NCBI GenBank assembly: GCA_963786955.1
Contig: CAWBAT010000006.1
Span: 352,001 to 416,000, forward strand
Origin: an uncultured Acidimicrobiia bacterium
GTDB taxonomy: Bacteria; Acidobacteriota; Terriglobia; Versatilivoradales; Versatilivoraceae
DNA: 64,000 bases
Direction of reading: 5' to 3'
Within the stretch, counting starts at the first letter, position 1. Each line of letters opens with the position of its first letter. The translations under genes and the position numbers were made by a program. The notes under the pieces are model-generated. The model was not told where the DNA came from, made no database searches, and saw only the letters and a list, made by a program, of their open reading frames with translations. Shown piece after piece: positions 24,326 through 33,870 of this stretch.

Positions 24326-24583
24326 TGTAGCGACCGGCGTTGTAGCCGGGGCCGATGGCCCCGGAAATGGACAGGCCGCGAGGCCTGTCTTTACCGTGTT
24401 TCCGTTGCGACCGGCGTTGTAGCCGGGGCCGATGGCCCCGGAAATGGACAGGCCGGGAGGCCTGTCTCTACCCTGTTTCCGTACCGACAGGCGTTGTAGC
24501 CGGGGCCGATGGCCCCGGAAATGGACAGGCCGGGAGGCCTGTCTCTACCCTGTTTCCGTACCGACAGGCGTCCACGCCTGTCG
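24326..24583. repeat. Tandem array of three 77-bp composite REP units
   Basis: Units start at 24341, 24418 and 24495 with tgtagccggggccgatggccccggaaatggacaggccg.gaggcctgtc. Confidence 0.95.
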
Positions 24584-24623
24584 AGCCGCGCGCTGTTGCA
24601 CTATTTCTGCTCTTCGAACATCC

Positions 24624-24652
24624 TTGTTCGAAGGACTCTTAGACTCTATAAT
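24624..24652 (+). promoter_or_regulatory. Candidate sigma70 promoter for the acyl-CoA ligase gene
   Basis: TTGTTC-17 nt-TATAAT about 40 nt before the start codon. Confidence 0.4.
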
Positions 24653-24692
24653 CCCGCTACTTCAATCCGTTTAGGGGTTGGGAGGATACATC

Positions 24693-26264
24693 GTGGAAGT
24701 TCCATTAACTCCGATAGAGTTTGCACGCCGCGCGCGCAAACTCTATCCAGACCGTGAAGCTTTGGTGGACGGAGCTTTAAGATTGAGTTATGGCCAATTC
24801 TTCGAAAGGTGTGATCGCTGGTCCTCCGCCCTGCAACAGTTGGGAGTCCAGCAGGGAGACCGAGTCGCGTATATTGCCCCCAATACACACGCCCAGTTGG
24901 AATCTTTCTATGCCGTGCCGCAGATTGGAGCGGTATTGGTGCCCATCAACTATCGGCTGATCTCTAGTGATTTCGCTTACATCCTGAATCACAGTGGCGC
25001 TCGAGTGGTTTGTGTCCACTCAGACTACCTCGAAGAAGTTGACCGGATTCGCGGCATGGTCCCCAGGGTCGAACATTTTGTGGCCCTGGAGAATTCCTAC
25101 GACGGCTGGCAAAATTACGAAGCCTTACTCGCTTCAGTATCGTTTCAACATCAATCCCCATCAATACAAGAAGGAGATCTGCTGTCCATCAACTATACGA
25201 GTGGAACAACAGCTACACCCAAGGGAGTCATGATCACCCATCGAAACGCTTATATCAATATTGTGGGGACCTTGATCCATTTTCCAATGAGCCCAGCCGA
25301 TCGTTATCTTTGGACCGTGCCGATGTTTCACGCTAATGGCTGGACCTTTGTGTGGACTGTCACAGCAGTTGGGGGAACCCATATTTGCCTCAGAAAAGTG
25401 GAGCCGGACACCGTATTCCAAAAAATCAGGCAGGAAGCCGTCACTGTACTTTGCGCTGCCCCGACGGTTCTGATCAGCCTGGCCAATGCCCCGCAGGAAA
25501 ATCAACAGGACCTCCCGCGGGACGTGCGAGTGCTAACGGCCGGCGCGCCCCCGGCTGCGGCAACAATTGAACGCATCGAAGAAACCCTGGGTTGGGAGGT
25601 GACACAGGTCTACGGCTTGACTGAAACCTCTCCGTTCATCACAATCTGCGAACCTCGGCCTGAGCATCGGCTTCTACCACTGGACAAAAGGGCGCTCCTC
25701 AAATCCCGGCAAGGCGTCGAACTCATCACTTCCGGAGACTTGCGTGTCGTGGACGAAACGGGCGTTGATGTTGCCCCTGATGGCGAAACAATTGGAGAAA
25801 TTGTTGCCCAAGGGAACGCAGTGATGAAGGGGTATTATCTCGATGACGAAGGTACCGCTGCAGCAATACGCCAGGGATGGTTTCACTCCGGGGATGCCGC
25901 GGTGGTTCACCCGGATGGTTATGTAGAGATCCGCGACCGGATTAAAGATGTCATTATTTCCGGAGGCGAAAATATTTCTTCGGTGGAAGTAGAAGGTGTG
26001 CTGCTGCGTCATCCAGCTATTCTGGAAGTAGCGGTGGTCGGTCTACCCCACGAAAAATGGGGTGAGGCGCCCCATGCCTTCGTTGTCTTGAAGGCTGGCG
26101 CATCCGTGACTGAGTCTGACGTACGAGAATTTGCCCGAGCCCATATGGCCCACTTTAAAGCTCCCAAAGGAGTAACCTTTTTAACTGAATTACCCAAGAC
26201 AGCGACAGGTAAGATTCAGAAATACCTACTCCGTGGGGGCCGTCCCGCAATTGCAAAGCAATAA
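24693..26264 (+). CDS. Acyl-CoA synthetase (AMP-forming fatty-acid--CoA ligase)
   Basis: YTSGTTATPKG, VYGLTET, WFHSGD, DRIKDVIISGGENIS, PKTATGKIQK. Confidence 0.95.
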   Translation: MEVPLTPIEFARRARKLYPDREALVDGALRLSYGQFFERCDRWSSALQQLGVQQGDRVAYIAPNTHAQLESFYAVPQIGAVLVPINYRLISSDFAYILNHSGARVVCVHSDYLEEVDRIRGMVPRVEHFVALENSYDGWQNYEALLASVSFQHQSPSIQEGDLLSINYTSGTTATPKGVMITHRNAYINIVGTLIHFPMSPADRYLWTVPMFHANGWTFVWTVTAVGGTHICLRKVEPDTVFQKIRQEAVTVLCAAPTVLISLANAPQENQQDLPRDVRVLTAGAPPAAATIERIEETLGWEVTQVYGLTETSPFITICEPRPEHRLLPLDKRALLKSRQGVELITSGDLRVVDETGVDVAPDGETIGEIVAQGNAVMKGYYLDDEGTAAAIRQGWFHSGDAAVVHPDGYVEIRDRIKDVIISGGENISSVEVEGVLLRHPAILEVAVVGLPHEKWGEAPHAFVVLKAGASVTESDVREFARAHMAHFKAPKGVTFLTELPKTATGKIQKYLLRGGRPAIAKQ

Positions 26265-26268
26265 CGAA

Positions 26269-26430
26269 TGTAGCCGGGACCGCTGTCCCCGGAATTGGAC
26301 AGGCCGAGAGACTTGTTCCCACCGTGTTTCTGTAGCGACAGGCGTCCACGCCTGTCGTCCCTTGAACGGTGATGTTCAAGCCGGGGGCTGCTGGCCCCGC
26401 AATTGGACAGGCCGGGAGGCCTGTCCCTCC
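26269..26430. repeat. Diverged copies of the composite REP unit seen at 24341
   Basis: tgtagccgggaccgctgtccccggaattggacaggcc...gtagcgacaggcgtccacgcctgtcg, plus a second partial copy. Confidence 0.85.
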
Positions 26431-26444
26431 CATAAAGAGATACT

Positions 26445-27788
26445 TTGACAATTCCCGCAAATACAAATCGTAGCCTCCTCCGCGTCTTGGGAATGGCTTT
26501 CTCTCTCGCGGTTGCGATTGGCGCCACCATCGGCGCTGGCATCTTGAGAATGCCCGGCGAAGTCGCAGCCCATCTCCCCTCAAAAGGTTTCTCCATTGCT
26601 GCTTGGATTCTTGGAGGGATTAACGCGCTCCTGGGCGCCACCGTCTTTGCCGAACTTGGCGCAATGATGCCGCGCTCTGGGGGGCTATACAATTTCGCTC
26701 GCCGAGCCTTCGGGGACTATGGGGGCTTTCTGGTCGGTTACAGTGATTGGTTAAATCAAACGGTCTCCGTCTCCCTCTTGGCTCTTGTAGTTGGAGAATA
26801 TTCCCGCGGATTATGGCCGGGTTTGGAAGGTGAGGCCTCTCACCTGGGTCTCTTCATCCTGTTAGCAATTGCCGCAGTTCAATGGACGGGGATTCGCTCA
26901 GGAAGCCGAATTCAGGAACTGACGACGCTGCTCAAAACGGCGGCTCTCTTAGGTCTCATTGTTTCTTGCTTCCTGAGCAATCCTCATCGGGTCATCTCTC
27001 AACCACAAGCAGCGGCAGTTCCCTCAGGCCTATCCTTGGTTTTTGCTTTTATTCTAGCCATGCAGGCCATCCTCTTCGCCTATGACAGTTACTTTTACGT
27101 GGTTTACTACGGGGAAGAATTGCGAAATCCCGGCAAAGAGATTCCCCGTTCGATGTTCATGAGCGTGTGCCTAATCATTTTCATCTATGTATTGATCAAT
27201 CTAGCCTTCCTGAGAGTGTTACCAATTCAACAGATGGCAAAAGACCCATTTGTGGCCGCCACAGTCGCCAAGGCAATCTTTGGAGAACGGGGGGAATTGA
27301 TCCTCCGAGTCACCTTGATTGTTTCGATCCTGGGAACAATGAATGCCACGGTCCTGTCCTCCACCCGAGTGCTGTATGGACTGGGACGAGACGGACTTTT
27401 TCTCCATCAGGCCACGCGCGTGAATGCAGGCGGCACCCCGACGGTGTCTCTGGCCTTAAGTACCCTTGCCTCCTGCGCGTTTCTGATTACGGGAACATTT
27501 GATGAGGTCTTGGCTGCGGGTGCACTTTTCCTAGCCGTCAACTACTTTTTGAGCTATGCGGCGCTAATCACTCTTCGATGGCGAGAGCCAAATACTGCGA
27601 GACCCTATCGTGCCTGGGGTTACCCATGGACAACGGTCATCGTGATCATTTTGATTTTGGTTTTCTTCGTGGGAAGAGTCGTGAGTGATACAAAACATAG
27701 CCTGGTGACAATCGCCGTGTTAGTGGTTACCGCCCCACTATTCTATGGGTGGAAGAGGTTTGCCACGGTAAGGCCCGGCCTTCGGTAA
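26445..27788 (+). CDS. APC-family amino acid permease
   Basis: GATIGAGI, FAELGAMMPRSGGLY, EELRNPGKEIP, RPYRAWGYP; about 12 hydrophobic segments. Confidence 0.92.
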   Translation: MTIPANTNRSLLRVLGMAFSLAVAIGATIGAGILRMPGEVAAHLPSKGFSIAAWILGGINALLGATVFAELGAMMPRSGGLYNFARRAFGDYGGFLVGYSDWLNQTVSVSLLALVVGEYSRGLWPGLEGEASHLGLFILLAIAAVQWTGIRSGSRIQELTTLLKTAALLGLIVSCFLSNPHRVISQPQAAAVPSGLSLVFAFILAMQAILFAYDSYFYVVYYGEELRNPGKEIPRSMFMSVCLIIFIYVLINLAFLRVLPIQQMAKDPFVAATVAKAIFGERGELILRVTLIVSILGTMNATVLSSTRVLYGLGRDGLFLHQATRVNAGGTPTVSLALSTLASCAFLITGTFDEVLAAGALFLAVNYFLSYAALITLRWREPNTARPYRAWGYPWTTVIVIILILVFFVGRVVSDTKHSLVTIAVLVVTAPLFYGWKRFATVRPGLR

Positions 27789-27819
27789 TAATCGCATGCC
27801 CTAATTTTTGGGGCAATCT

Positions 27820-28220
27820 TTGGTAGCCACGACAAACGCCTATTCTGCGTTTGTCATCGGCAGTTGCGCCGGTGCGGGAAGCCCAAGATGAATGCAGAAA
27901 GTGCCTTCATCTTGGCTACCAAGGTCGTGCGATTTCCCCCATTATATTGACGCAAAAACATAAAACAGTCTTCCGGCGATATTGAGCAGTAGCGACAGGC
28001 TTCCTGGCCTGTTGTCCGGGGCCAGCGGCCCCGGCTACAACTGATCCTGAAGCTCGGGACAGTTCGCACATTAGCGGGTAACGCAAAGGCGGGTTCTGAC
28101 TCTGCGGCCTTCTGAGGAAAGTGCCTAGTTTCCGTCCATGGCTCCAAAGCCGCGGAGTTATACAACAACTCCGCGCTACAAAAACTGGTCCAAACTCGCT
28201 TTGTGAGTCCGCCCTACCGA
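27820..28220. repeat. Intergenic cluster of several GTAG/CTAC-tailed palindromes
   Basis: ggtagccacgacaaacgc..gcgtttgtc, ccaagatgaa..ttcatcttggctacc, ccggggccagcggccccggctaca, cgcggagtt..aactccgcgctaca. Confidence 0.75.
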
Positions 28221-28265
28221 ATGCCTGGAATAATAAATCGAAACACTGCCACACGAGTCAAATGG

Positions 28266-29288
28266 ATGATAAGATATCATTCGACGCCATTGTCCGGGAG
28301 AACATCCGTGAAACCCAGTCCTACCACGACCGCCGACCATGTCCAGGCCTATGTGTCTGAACTCATCCTGCATTTCATGAGTGTCATACAAAATAATTAT
28401 GAGAAGTTGCGAGTGGAGAATCACGCCGGGGCGCTTCATGACATGCGCGTCGCTACGCGCCGAGTGCGAGAAACAATCACTTTGTTTGAACCTCTGTTTC
28501 TGGCAGCCCGGATAAATAAATCGCTTTCAAATGTCAAGAAAGTGACGAAGGTTCTCGGTTTACCCCGAGAAGTTGACGTCAACCTGAAACTCATCCGTGA
28601 GCTTCAACCTTCCGGAGGACTGGTGGCAAGGGCAGCCAGCGAGCATCTGAATGCGATTTTGGAAGAAGAACAGTCACGCATCCGAAAAAGAATGCTCCGC
28701 AGGCTCGAGAAGACTGGCTTGAAGTCTCTCCGGGATGAATTAACCCAGTTGGCCCATTCGGCAACGACCACCCCATTCAAACCCCATCTACTTTTTGAGG
28801 AACATCAGGCCGCCATTCGCGAAAATTTCCTCAAGTTGATTCCCAGAATCCTGCAGGACCGGGCAACACCCGTTCTTAACTTCGAACTGAGCCCTTCTTC
28901 CCTTGAAGATGACCATGCCGTCCACCAGCTCAGGATCGCCACCAAGAAACTTCGCTACGCCTTTGAAATTACAAGACCCTTGGTCTCCATTGCCTGCGAA
29001 GAACTGGCCCGCGACTGTCGGGCTTTGCAAGATGTCATTGGCGCGCAGCATGACACCTGTATGCTGATTGAGCGTTTGCAGAGACATGAGGCGGAGTTGT
29101 CTTCCCGGAACCTGGCGCTCCTTGCGGACGGTTCTCGCCAATTACTGGAAGATCTGTTGGAGCTTAAGAAAGGGTATTTGCCTCGGATTGAGGCTGCCTA
29201 CATACACCTGCGGGAAAAACTGGCCAAAGAGTTAGTGCAAAGTGAAACGAGCACGCCGGAGGTTGTTCATTCGAATGCGCCGGACTAA
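28266..29288 (+). CDS. CHAD domain protein (start uncertain)
   Basis: LHDMRVATRR, LGLPREVDV, VHQLRIATKKLRY..E, LQDVIGAQHD. Confidence 0.9.
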   Translation: MIRYHSTPLSGRTSVKPSPTTTADHVQAYVSELILHFMSVIQNNYEKLRVENHAGALHDMRVATRRVRETITLFEPLFLAARINKSLSNVKKVTKVLGLPREVDVNLKLIRELQPSGGLVARAASEHLNAILEEEQSRIRKRMLRRLEKTGLKSLRDELTQLAHSATTTPFKPHLLFEEHQAAIRENFLKLIPRILQDRATPVLNFELSPSSLEDDHAVHQLRIATKKLRYAFEITRPLVSIACEELARDCRALQDVIGAQHDTCMLIERLQRHEAELSSRNLALLADGSRQLLEDLLELKKGYLPRIEAAYIHLREKLAKELVQSETSTPEVVHSNAPD

Positions 29289-29324
29289 TACAAACGCATT
29301 AATTGTTGTTTGCCAGTAATTCTT

Positions 29325-29530
29325 CACCCCCAGTAGTCCCCCCTTAAAAAAGGGCGGACGTCGTCGCAATAGTGCTCCCCCATTGGTTCCGCCGGACAAC
29401 AGGCAAAGATGCCTGTTGCTACCATATTCTGTAGCGACAGGCGTCCCCGCCTGTCGTACGAAGTTTTAAGAATAAGTTGTAGCGGGGACTGATGGCCATG
29501 AGCAACAGGCCCGGTGGATCGTTGCTCCAC
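29325..29530. repeat. REP cluster between convergent genes
   Basis: caacaggcaaagatgcctgttgctac and tgtagcgacaggcgtccccgcctgtcg. Confidence 0.75.
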
Positions 29531-29531
29531 T

Positions 29532-29852
29532 CTACTCCCAGCCAGGGGGCTTATCGAAATAGCGGTGATCGAGAAGGTAGGAGAACCCCTCAGACAGAGG
29601 GCGAATATAAAGTTCCGCTTTAATCGCGTCGACGCAGCCGTCCACCAATTTCTCATATGAAGGCGTCTGACTTTCCTGCCCCTTGCGATTAACCGCTTCC
29701 CACGCACTTTTCGTCAGTTTGAAAGCACCTTTTCGGATTTCTCCGGGACCTGCCACTGTCGCCTTGCATAGCTGAAACTCCCCTTCAGCCTCGGAGGAAC
29801 CATCCATTTCCAATGTATAAGCCTGTCCAAAGAAATCGAAATTTCTTTTCAT
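29532..29852 (-). CDS. Hypothetical protein (106 aa)
   Basis: Clean ORF with GAGGA RBS, 9 nt after the upstream dehydrogenase stop; no family recognised. Confidence 0.7.
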   Translation of the reverse strand: MKRNFDFFGQAYTLEMDGSSEAEGEFQLCKATVAGPGEIRKGAFKLTKSAWEAVNRKGQESQTPSYEKLVDGCVDAIKAELYIRPLSEGFSYLLDHRYFDKPPGWE

Positions 29853-29861
29853 CGTATATCC

Positions 29862-30854
29862 TCAAGAAGACAAAATAGCGGCTTCCCTCAGCTTAACCGG
29901 CCGGTTGGCCGGGTATTTGGGTTCCTGCCCTTTGATCACGGCAACCACATCTTCGACAACCATAGCCATCCGCTGCATAGCTTCCTGGGTATGGGCGGCG
30001 ACGTGGGGGGTCCCAATAAAATTTTCCATTGGCAAAAGAGGGTTTTCAGAGGAGGCAGGCTCCTTTTCAAACACGTCGGCCGCAGCGCCTGCAATCCGTC
30101 CTTCTTTCAAACAATGTAACAGTTCCGCTTCCTTCCAGACAGGTCCGCGTGACGTGTTGATGATATAAGCTCCTTTTTGCATCAAGCCGAGCTCACGAGC
30201 TCCAATCATTCCACGAGTTTCCGAGGTGAGCGGAACATTGAGTGAGATATAGTCCGAACGACTCATCACTTCGTCCAGACTCACTGGCTGAGCACCCAGC
30301 GCTCGCTCCCATTCAGGCTTGGGGACAATGTCACGGAATATAACTTTCATTCCAAACGCGTGGTGACAAATTCGGGCGATGGTCGATCCCACGCGGCCCA
30401 GCCCGACTATCCCCAAAACCTTTCCGAATAATTCCTGTCCAATATATAGATTGCGATCTTCCCAACGGCCGGCCTTCAAGGCGCGCATGGATTGAGAAAC
30501 CTTCCGCGAAAGCATGAGCGCGAGTGAGACAAAATGTTCTGCGACAGACTCGGAATTGGCTTCGGGGGTACTGACGACCCAAATCCCCAGCTCTGTTGCG
30601 GCGGGAATATCTAAATTGTCAAGTCCCACTCCGTGTCGCCCAACGACTTGAATCCCGGGAGACGATTCCATCAAACTCCTGCTCACGAAGCCGTGCGTTC
30701 GAAAGACCACTCCGGAAACTCCGGTAGCGGCCCGCACCAGGGCCTTCTCCTCCAGGGATTCCGGAAAAACGATTTCGCATCCTTGTTGCTCCAAGAAATC
30801 CATTCCCTTGCGGTGGATTTTCTCGAAAAGCAAAATTTTTGGTTTGGCCATCAT
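29862..30854 (-). CDS. D-isomer-specific 2-hydroxyacid dehydrogenase (SerA-like, no ACT domain)
   Basis: RHGVGLDN, GIVGLGRVG, INTSRG, DVFEKEP, TPHVAA. Confidence 0.93.
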   Translation of the reverse strand: MMAKPKILLFEKIHRKGMDFLEQQGCEIVFPESLEEKALVRAATGVSGVVFRTHGFVSRSLMESSPGIQVVGRHGVGLDNLDIPAATELGIWVVSTPEANSESVAEHFVSLALMLSRKVSQSMRALKAGRWEDRNLYIGQELFGKVLGIVGLGRVGSTIARICHHAFGMKVIFRDIVPKPEWERALGAQPVSLDEVMSRSDYISLNVPLTSETRGMIGARELGLMQKGAYIINTSRGPVWKEAELLHCLKEGRIAGAAADVFEKEPASSENPLLPMENFIGTPHVAAHTQEAMQRMAMVVEDVVAVIKGQEPKYPANRPVKLREAAILSS

Positions 30855-30902
30855 CCCCTCTAAAAGCCGTTATTTTACCCTACCCAGCAAGCCAGACAAA
30901 CT

Positions 30903-32738
30903 TTAATTCAGTTGAAAAAAAGTTCTTAGATATCTTACCGGCATCGAGCCATGTCCGATAAGGGTTTCATTAAACTCCCGTTGACTAAATGATGTGCCTT
31001 TTGCTCTTCTAACGTCCTTTTCCAATTGTTGGATCTCTTCTAATCCCAGGAAGTATTGGGAGAGCTGGGTGGTTTCAAGTTGCGCCCTCAAGAGTTTTTT
31101 CTCGGCGACAGTTTGCTCTTGAAACCCTTCTTCGACCATAAACCGGACTGCATCCTTCTCAGTCATCCAGCCAGAGTGTAATTTAGTATCAATCAAAGTA
31201 TTCATCGCCGTTCGGATGTTCGCTTTCAAATCAAAGAAGCGGTAACGGAGATTTTTATCTCCTCCATACCCGAGTTTAGTCATAAGCGAAGTGCTATAAG
31301 CGGCCCACCCCTCGGTAAAGGGAGGGTTCCAAAGAACAGCCCTTAACGGATCCAAATGTCGTTTGGAATAGTAGAACTGTGTGTGGTGCCCAGGGTACGC
31401 CTCATGCATTCCGGTAAGCTGTACTTGGTAGTCGTTATTCGCTCTCAAATACGATTCGACTCGGATCGGAGCCCAGTTCGGATCGACGGGATCCACATAA
31501 TAAGTCGCCTTCCATTGGGGCTTTTCTTCGAGAATACCCGGGGCCAGATATTCAGCCTCGGAAACTCCCCGTTTGAAAGGCGGCATCGCTTCTACCGACA
31601 AAGTTTCTGCCGGAGGAAGTCCTATGAGATTCTGGTATTCAATGAAATTACGAAGGGCGGTGAAAACACGCTGATGAGCACCGACAAAATCATCGGCTTG
31701 GGGATGGTCTTTCGAGAGCTCACTTTGTACAGCCAGAATCAACTTAACCTGAAAAGCAGCATCGGGCCCTGGTCCTGGAAACGGTTTCCCCGGAAAGAGC
31801 TCTGAATAGAGTTGCCTGGAAACTTGCAAGAGTTCGAGCTTAGCGTTCCGCAAAGCTTCTTCTGCCCGAGGTGTCAAATCCTCAGGCGTGAGATCGGTTT
31901 GAAGAGCAAGAGAAAATTTCTTCTTAAAGAGTTCTGCACCCAGTCTCCAGTCCCCCGAACTTCGTGGCAACAAGTCTTTTTCCAAGAAGTGCTGATAATC
32001 TTCAAGCGCAGCAACCGCGACGGTTCTGGCCGATTCGGCATCACTACGAAGGGCCGGGGATATATTTCCGGCGGCACTAATGAACTGGGCCAAATCATTC
32101 TGAAACACTTGCAAGCGGCCACGGTTATCGCGAATGGCCTGTTCCGTATAGATCTTGGCCGGATTCTTGAGCTGAGTTTTGACTTGTGTCAGGAATTTTG
32201 GCAATGCCGTCATCTGGATGGAAACACTCCTCAACCTTTGCTCAAGCAGAGCGTAGTCTCCGTGAATGATGTCCAGAATTCGCGTGGCAACGATTTCCCG
32301 AGGATCATAGTACGGAAAGGAATCAATGAGCCGAGGTTCCCATTCCCACTCCTTGATCGCGTTCAAATAAAGCAGTTCCAATTCAATCCCATCCGAAAGG
32401 ATGCGGGCATCTATTCGTTCATCGAGCGGTAGATTCTTGATATCTATTCCTCTCAGCCGGATTTTCTGCTGTTCCAGCATTCGGCGTCTGAGGGCCAAAC
32501 CTTGTAATGACAAGTCCGCGAGGCGGTCATCAAAGCGGTGGTCTCCCATAAACGTCGCCAAATGAGGTTTCGCAAGAAACAAACCATCCAAATATTCCCG
32601 CTTCAAGTTAGCGAAATTGGTCATCGGTTTCGGAGTGAGGCAGGCGCTGCACACCAGTACGGCCAGCATCAGGAAAAGAGGCAGAGCGCTTTTCAACAGC
32701 ATGGGTTGGATTAATAAATGAACCAGTTTCGTACGCAT
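30903..32738 (-). CDS. DUF885 family protein (probable lipoprotein/metallopeptidase)
   Basis: ATFMGDHRFD, HEAYPGHHTQ, FTEGWAAY, YFLG, GHGSMP. Confidence 0.88.
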   Translation of the reverse strand: MRTKLVHLLIQPMLLKSALPLFLMLAVLVCSACLTPKPMTNFANLKREYLDGLFLAKPHLATFMGDHRFDDRLADLSLQGLALRRRMLEQQKIRLRGIDIKNLPLDERIDARILSDGIELELLYLNAIKEWEWEPRLIDSFPYYDPREIVATRILDIIHGDYALLEQRLRSVSIQMTALPKFLTQVKTQLKNPAKIYTEQAIRDNRGRLQVFQNDLAQFISAAGNISPALRSDAESARTVAVAALEDYQHFLEKDLLPRSSGDWRLGAELFKKKFSLALQTDLTPEDLTPRAEEALRNAKLELLQVSRQLYSELFPGKPFPGPGPDAAFQVKLILAVQSELSKDHPQADDFVGAHQRVFTALRNFIEYQNLIGLPPAETLSVEAMPPFKRGVSEAEYLAPGILEEKPQWKATYYVDPVDPNWAPIRVESYLRANNDYQVQLTGMHEAYPGHHTQFYYSKRHLDPLRAVLWNPPFTEGWAAYSTSLMTKLGYGGDKNLRYRFFDLKANIRTAMNTLIDTKLHSGWMTEKDAVRFMVEEGFQEQTVAEKKLLRAQLETTQLSQYFLGLEEIQQLEKDVRRAKGTSFSQREFNETLIGHGSMPVRYLRTFFQLN

Positions 32739-32751
32739 TCAATGGTCCTAA

Positions 32752-32886
32752 CCCGCATTTCTCACCACCAGCGCCGCATGAGGGCATGCGGCCTTCAACC
32801 TCTGTAGGCCGGGTGACCCCACCCGGCGAACTGGATTCTTCAAAAACAGAGTGTGTCAGTTTCCCCCTGGTGGCGAGAATTGCGGG
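32752..32886. repeat. REP doublet inside 20-bp imperfect inverted repeats
   Basis: cccgcatttctcaccaccag vs ctggtggcgagaattgcggg (18/20 complementary); inner tgtaggccgggtgaccccacccggcg. Confidence 0.78.
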
Positions 32887-32909
32887 CTAATATGTTGTGC
32901 GACCGTCTT

Positions 32910-33686
32910 TCAATCGAGAGGATAGGGCCAAACTCCTCTGGTAAAAAGCCCTCCATCCACAAAAAGTGTCTGCCCGGTCACGAAGTCAGCTTCGTCGCTT
33001 GCCAGATAGCTCACGGCGCAAGCCACGTCTTTGGGAGCGCCGACCCGTCCCATCGGGGTCACAGGCCCCCATGTCCCGGCATAGTCGGGAGCTTCATCCT
33101 TAGTCCGTTCGATCTCAATAGCACCGGGCGCAACGCAATTGACCGTAATCCCATATTGTCCCAGCTCCACGGCAGAGACGCGGGTCAACATGTCAATTCC
33201 TCCTTTACTGGCCGTATAGCTAACTAATTTCGGGAAAGGAGTTTTGTTACAGCCTGAGCCAATATTGATAATCCGGCCGTAGTGATTCTCTTTCATGTGG
33301 CGGGCAGCTTGCTGGGTACACAGGAAAACACCCTTTAAATTCGTGTCGATGACTCGATCCCATTCCTCTTCTTCAAGTTCCAGAAGCGACTTCCACACTT
33401 GTGTCCCGGCGTTATTAACCAGTATGGATAGCGTACCAAATACGCGAAACACTTCCTGGAACATCCTGGAGACATCCCCGGAATCTCCCACATGGCCAGC
33501 CACCAGGACGGCGCGTCGCCCTAACGCTTCGATGTCGCGGGCTGTCTTTTCTGCGCCCGCCCGATCCGAACGGAAATTGATCGCCACATCACACCCCCGG
33601 CGACCCAGCTCGATAGCAATACCCCGCCCAATTCCTTTGCTGGCGCCTGTGACTAAGGCTGTCTTGTTGCTGAGGTCTAAAACCAT
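32910..33686 (-). CDS. Short-chain dehydrogenase/reductase (FabG/glucose dehydrogenase-like)
   Basis: TGASKGIG, NNAG, YTASK, VTGQTLFVDGG; GGAGG RBS before ATG 33686. Confidence 0.93.
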   Translation of the reverse strand: MVLDLSNKTALVTGASKGIGRGIAIELGRRGCDVAINFRSDRAGAEKTARDIEALGRRAVLVAGHVGDSGDVSRMFQEVFRVFGTLSILVNNAGTQVWKSLLELEEEEWDRVIDTNLKGVFLCTQQAARHMKENHYGRIINIGSGCNKTPFPKLVSYTASKGGIDMLTRVSAVELGQYGITVNCVAPGAIEIERTKDEAPDYAGTWGPVTPMGRVGAPKDVACAVSYLASDEADFVTGQTLFVDGGLFTRGVWPYPLD

Positions 33687-33870
33687 TTTCGAGTTCCTCC
33701 CTTTCACCTCTTTGTCCCAGGAATATAGCCGTTCCCCGAGTGATTGCCAAGACCTGTTCGAATCAAGAGGTTTCCCTCGGCCAAACCAATCCATCACAAA
33801 GTGCCGCGCTTTGATTTCTAGGGATACCTATGTTCTACTTTAGCTAGACAAAGATGCGAGGCACCGGTTC

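Noticed and set aside
24326-24583. CRISPR array
   Set aside because: Whole 77-bp units repeat with no unique spacers, the parts recur as dispersed REPs, and there are no cas genes
24143-24757. Short ORFs with repeated peptides (MAPEMDRP.., GVVAGADGPG..)
   Set aside because: Translations of the GC-rich tandem repeat
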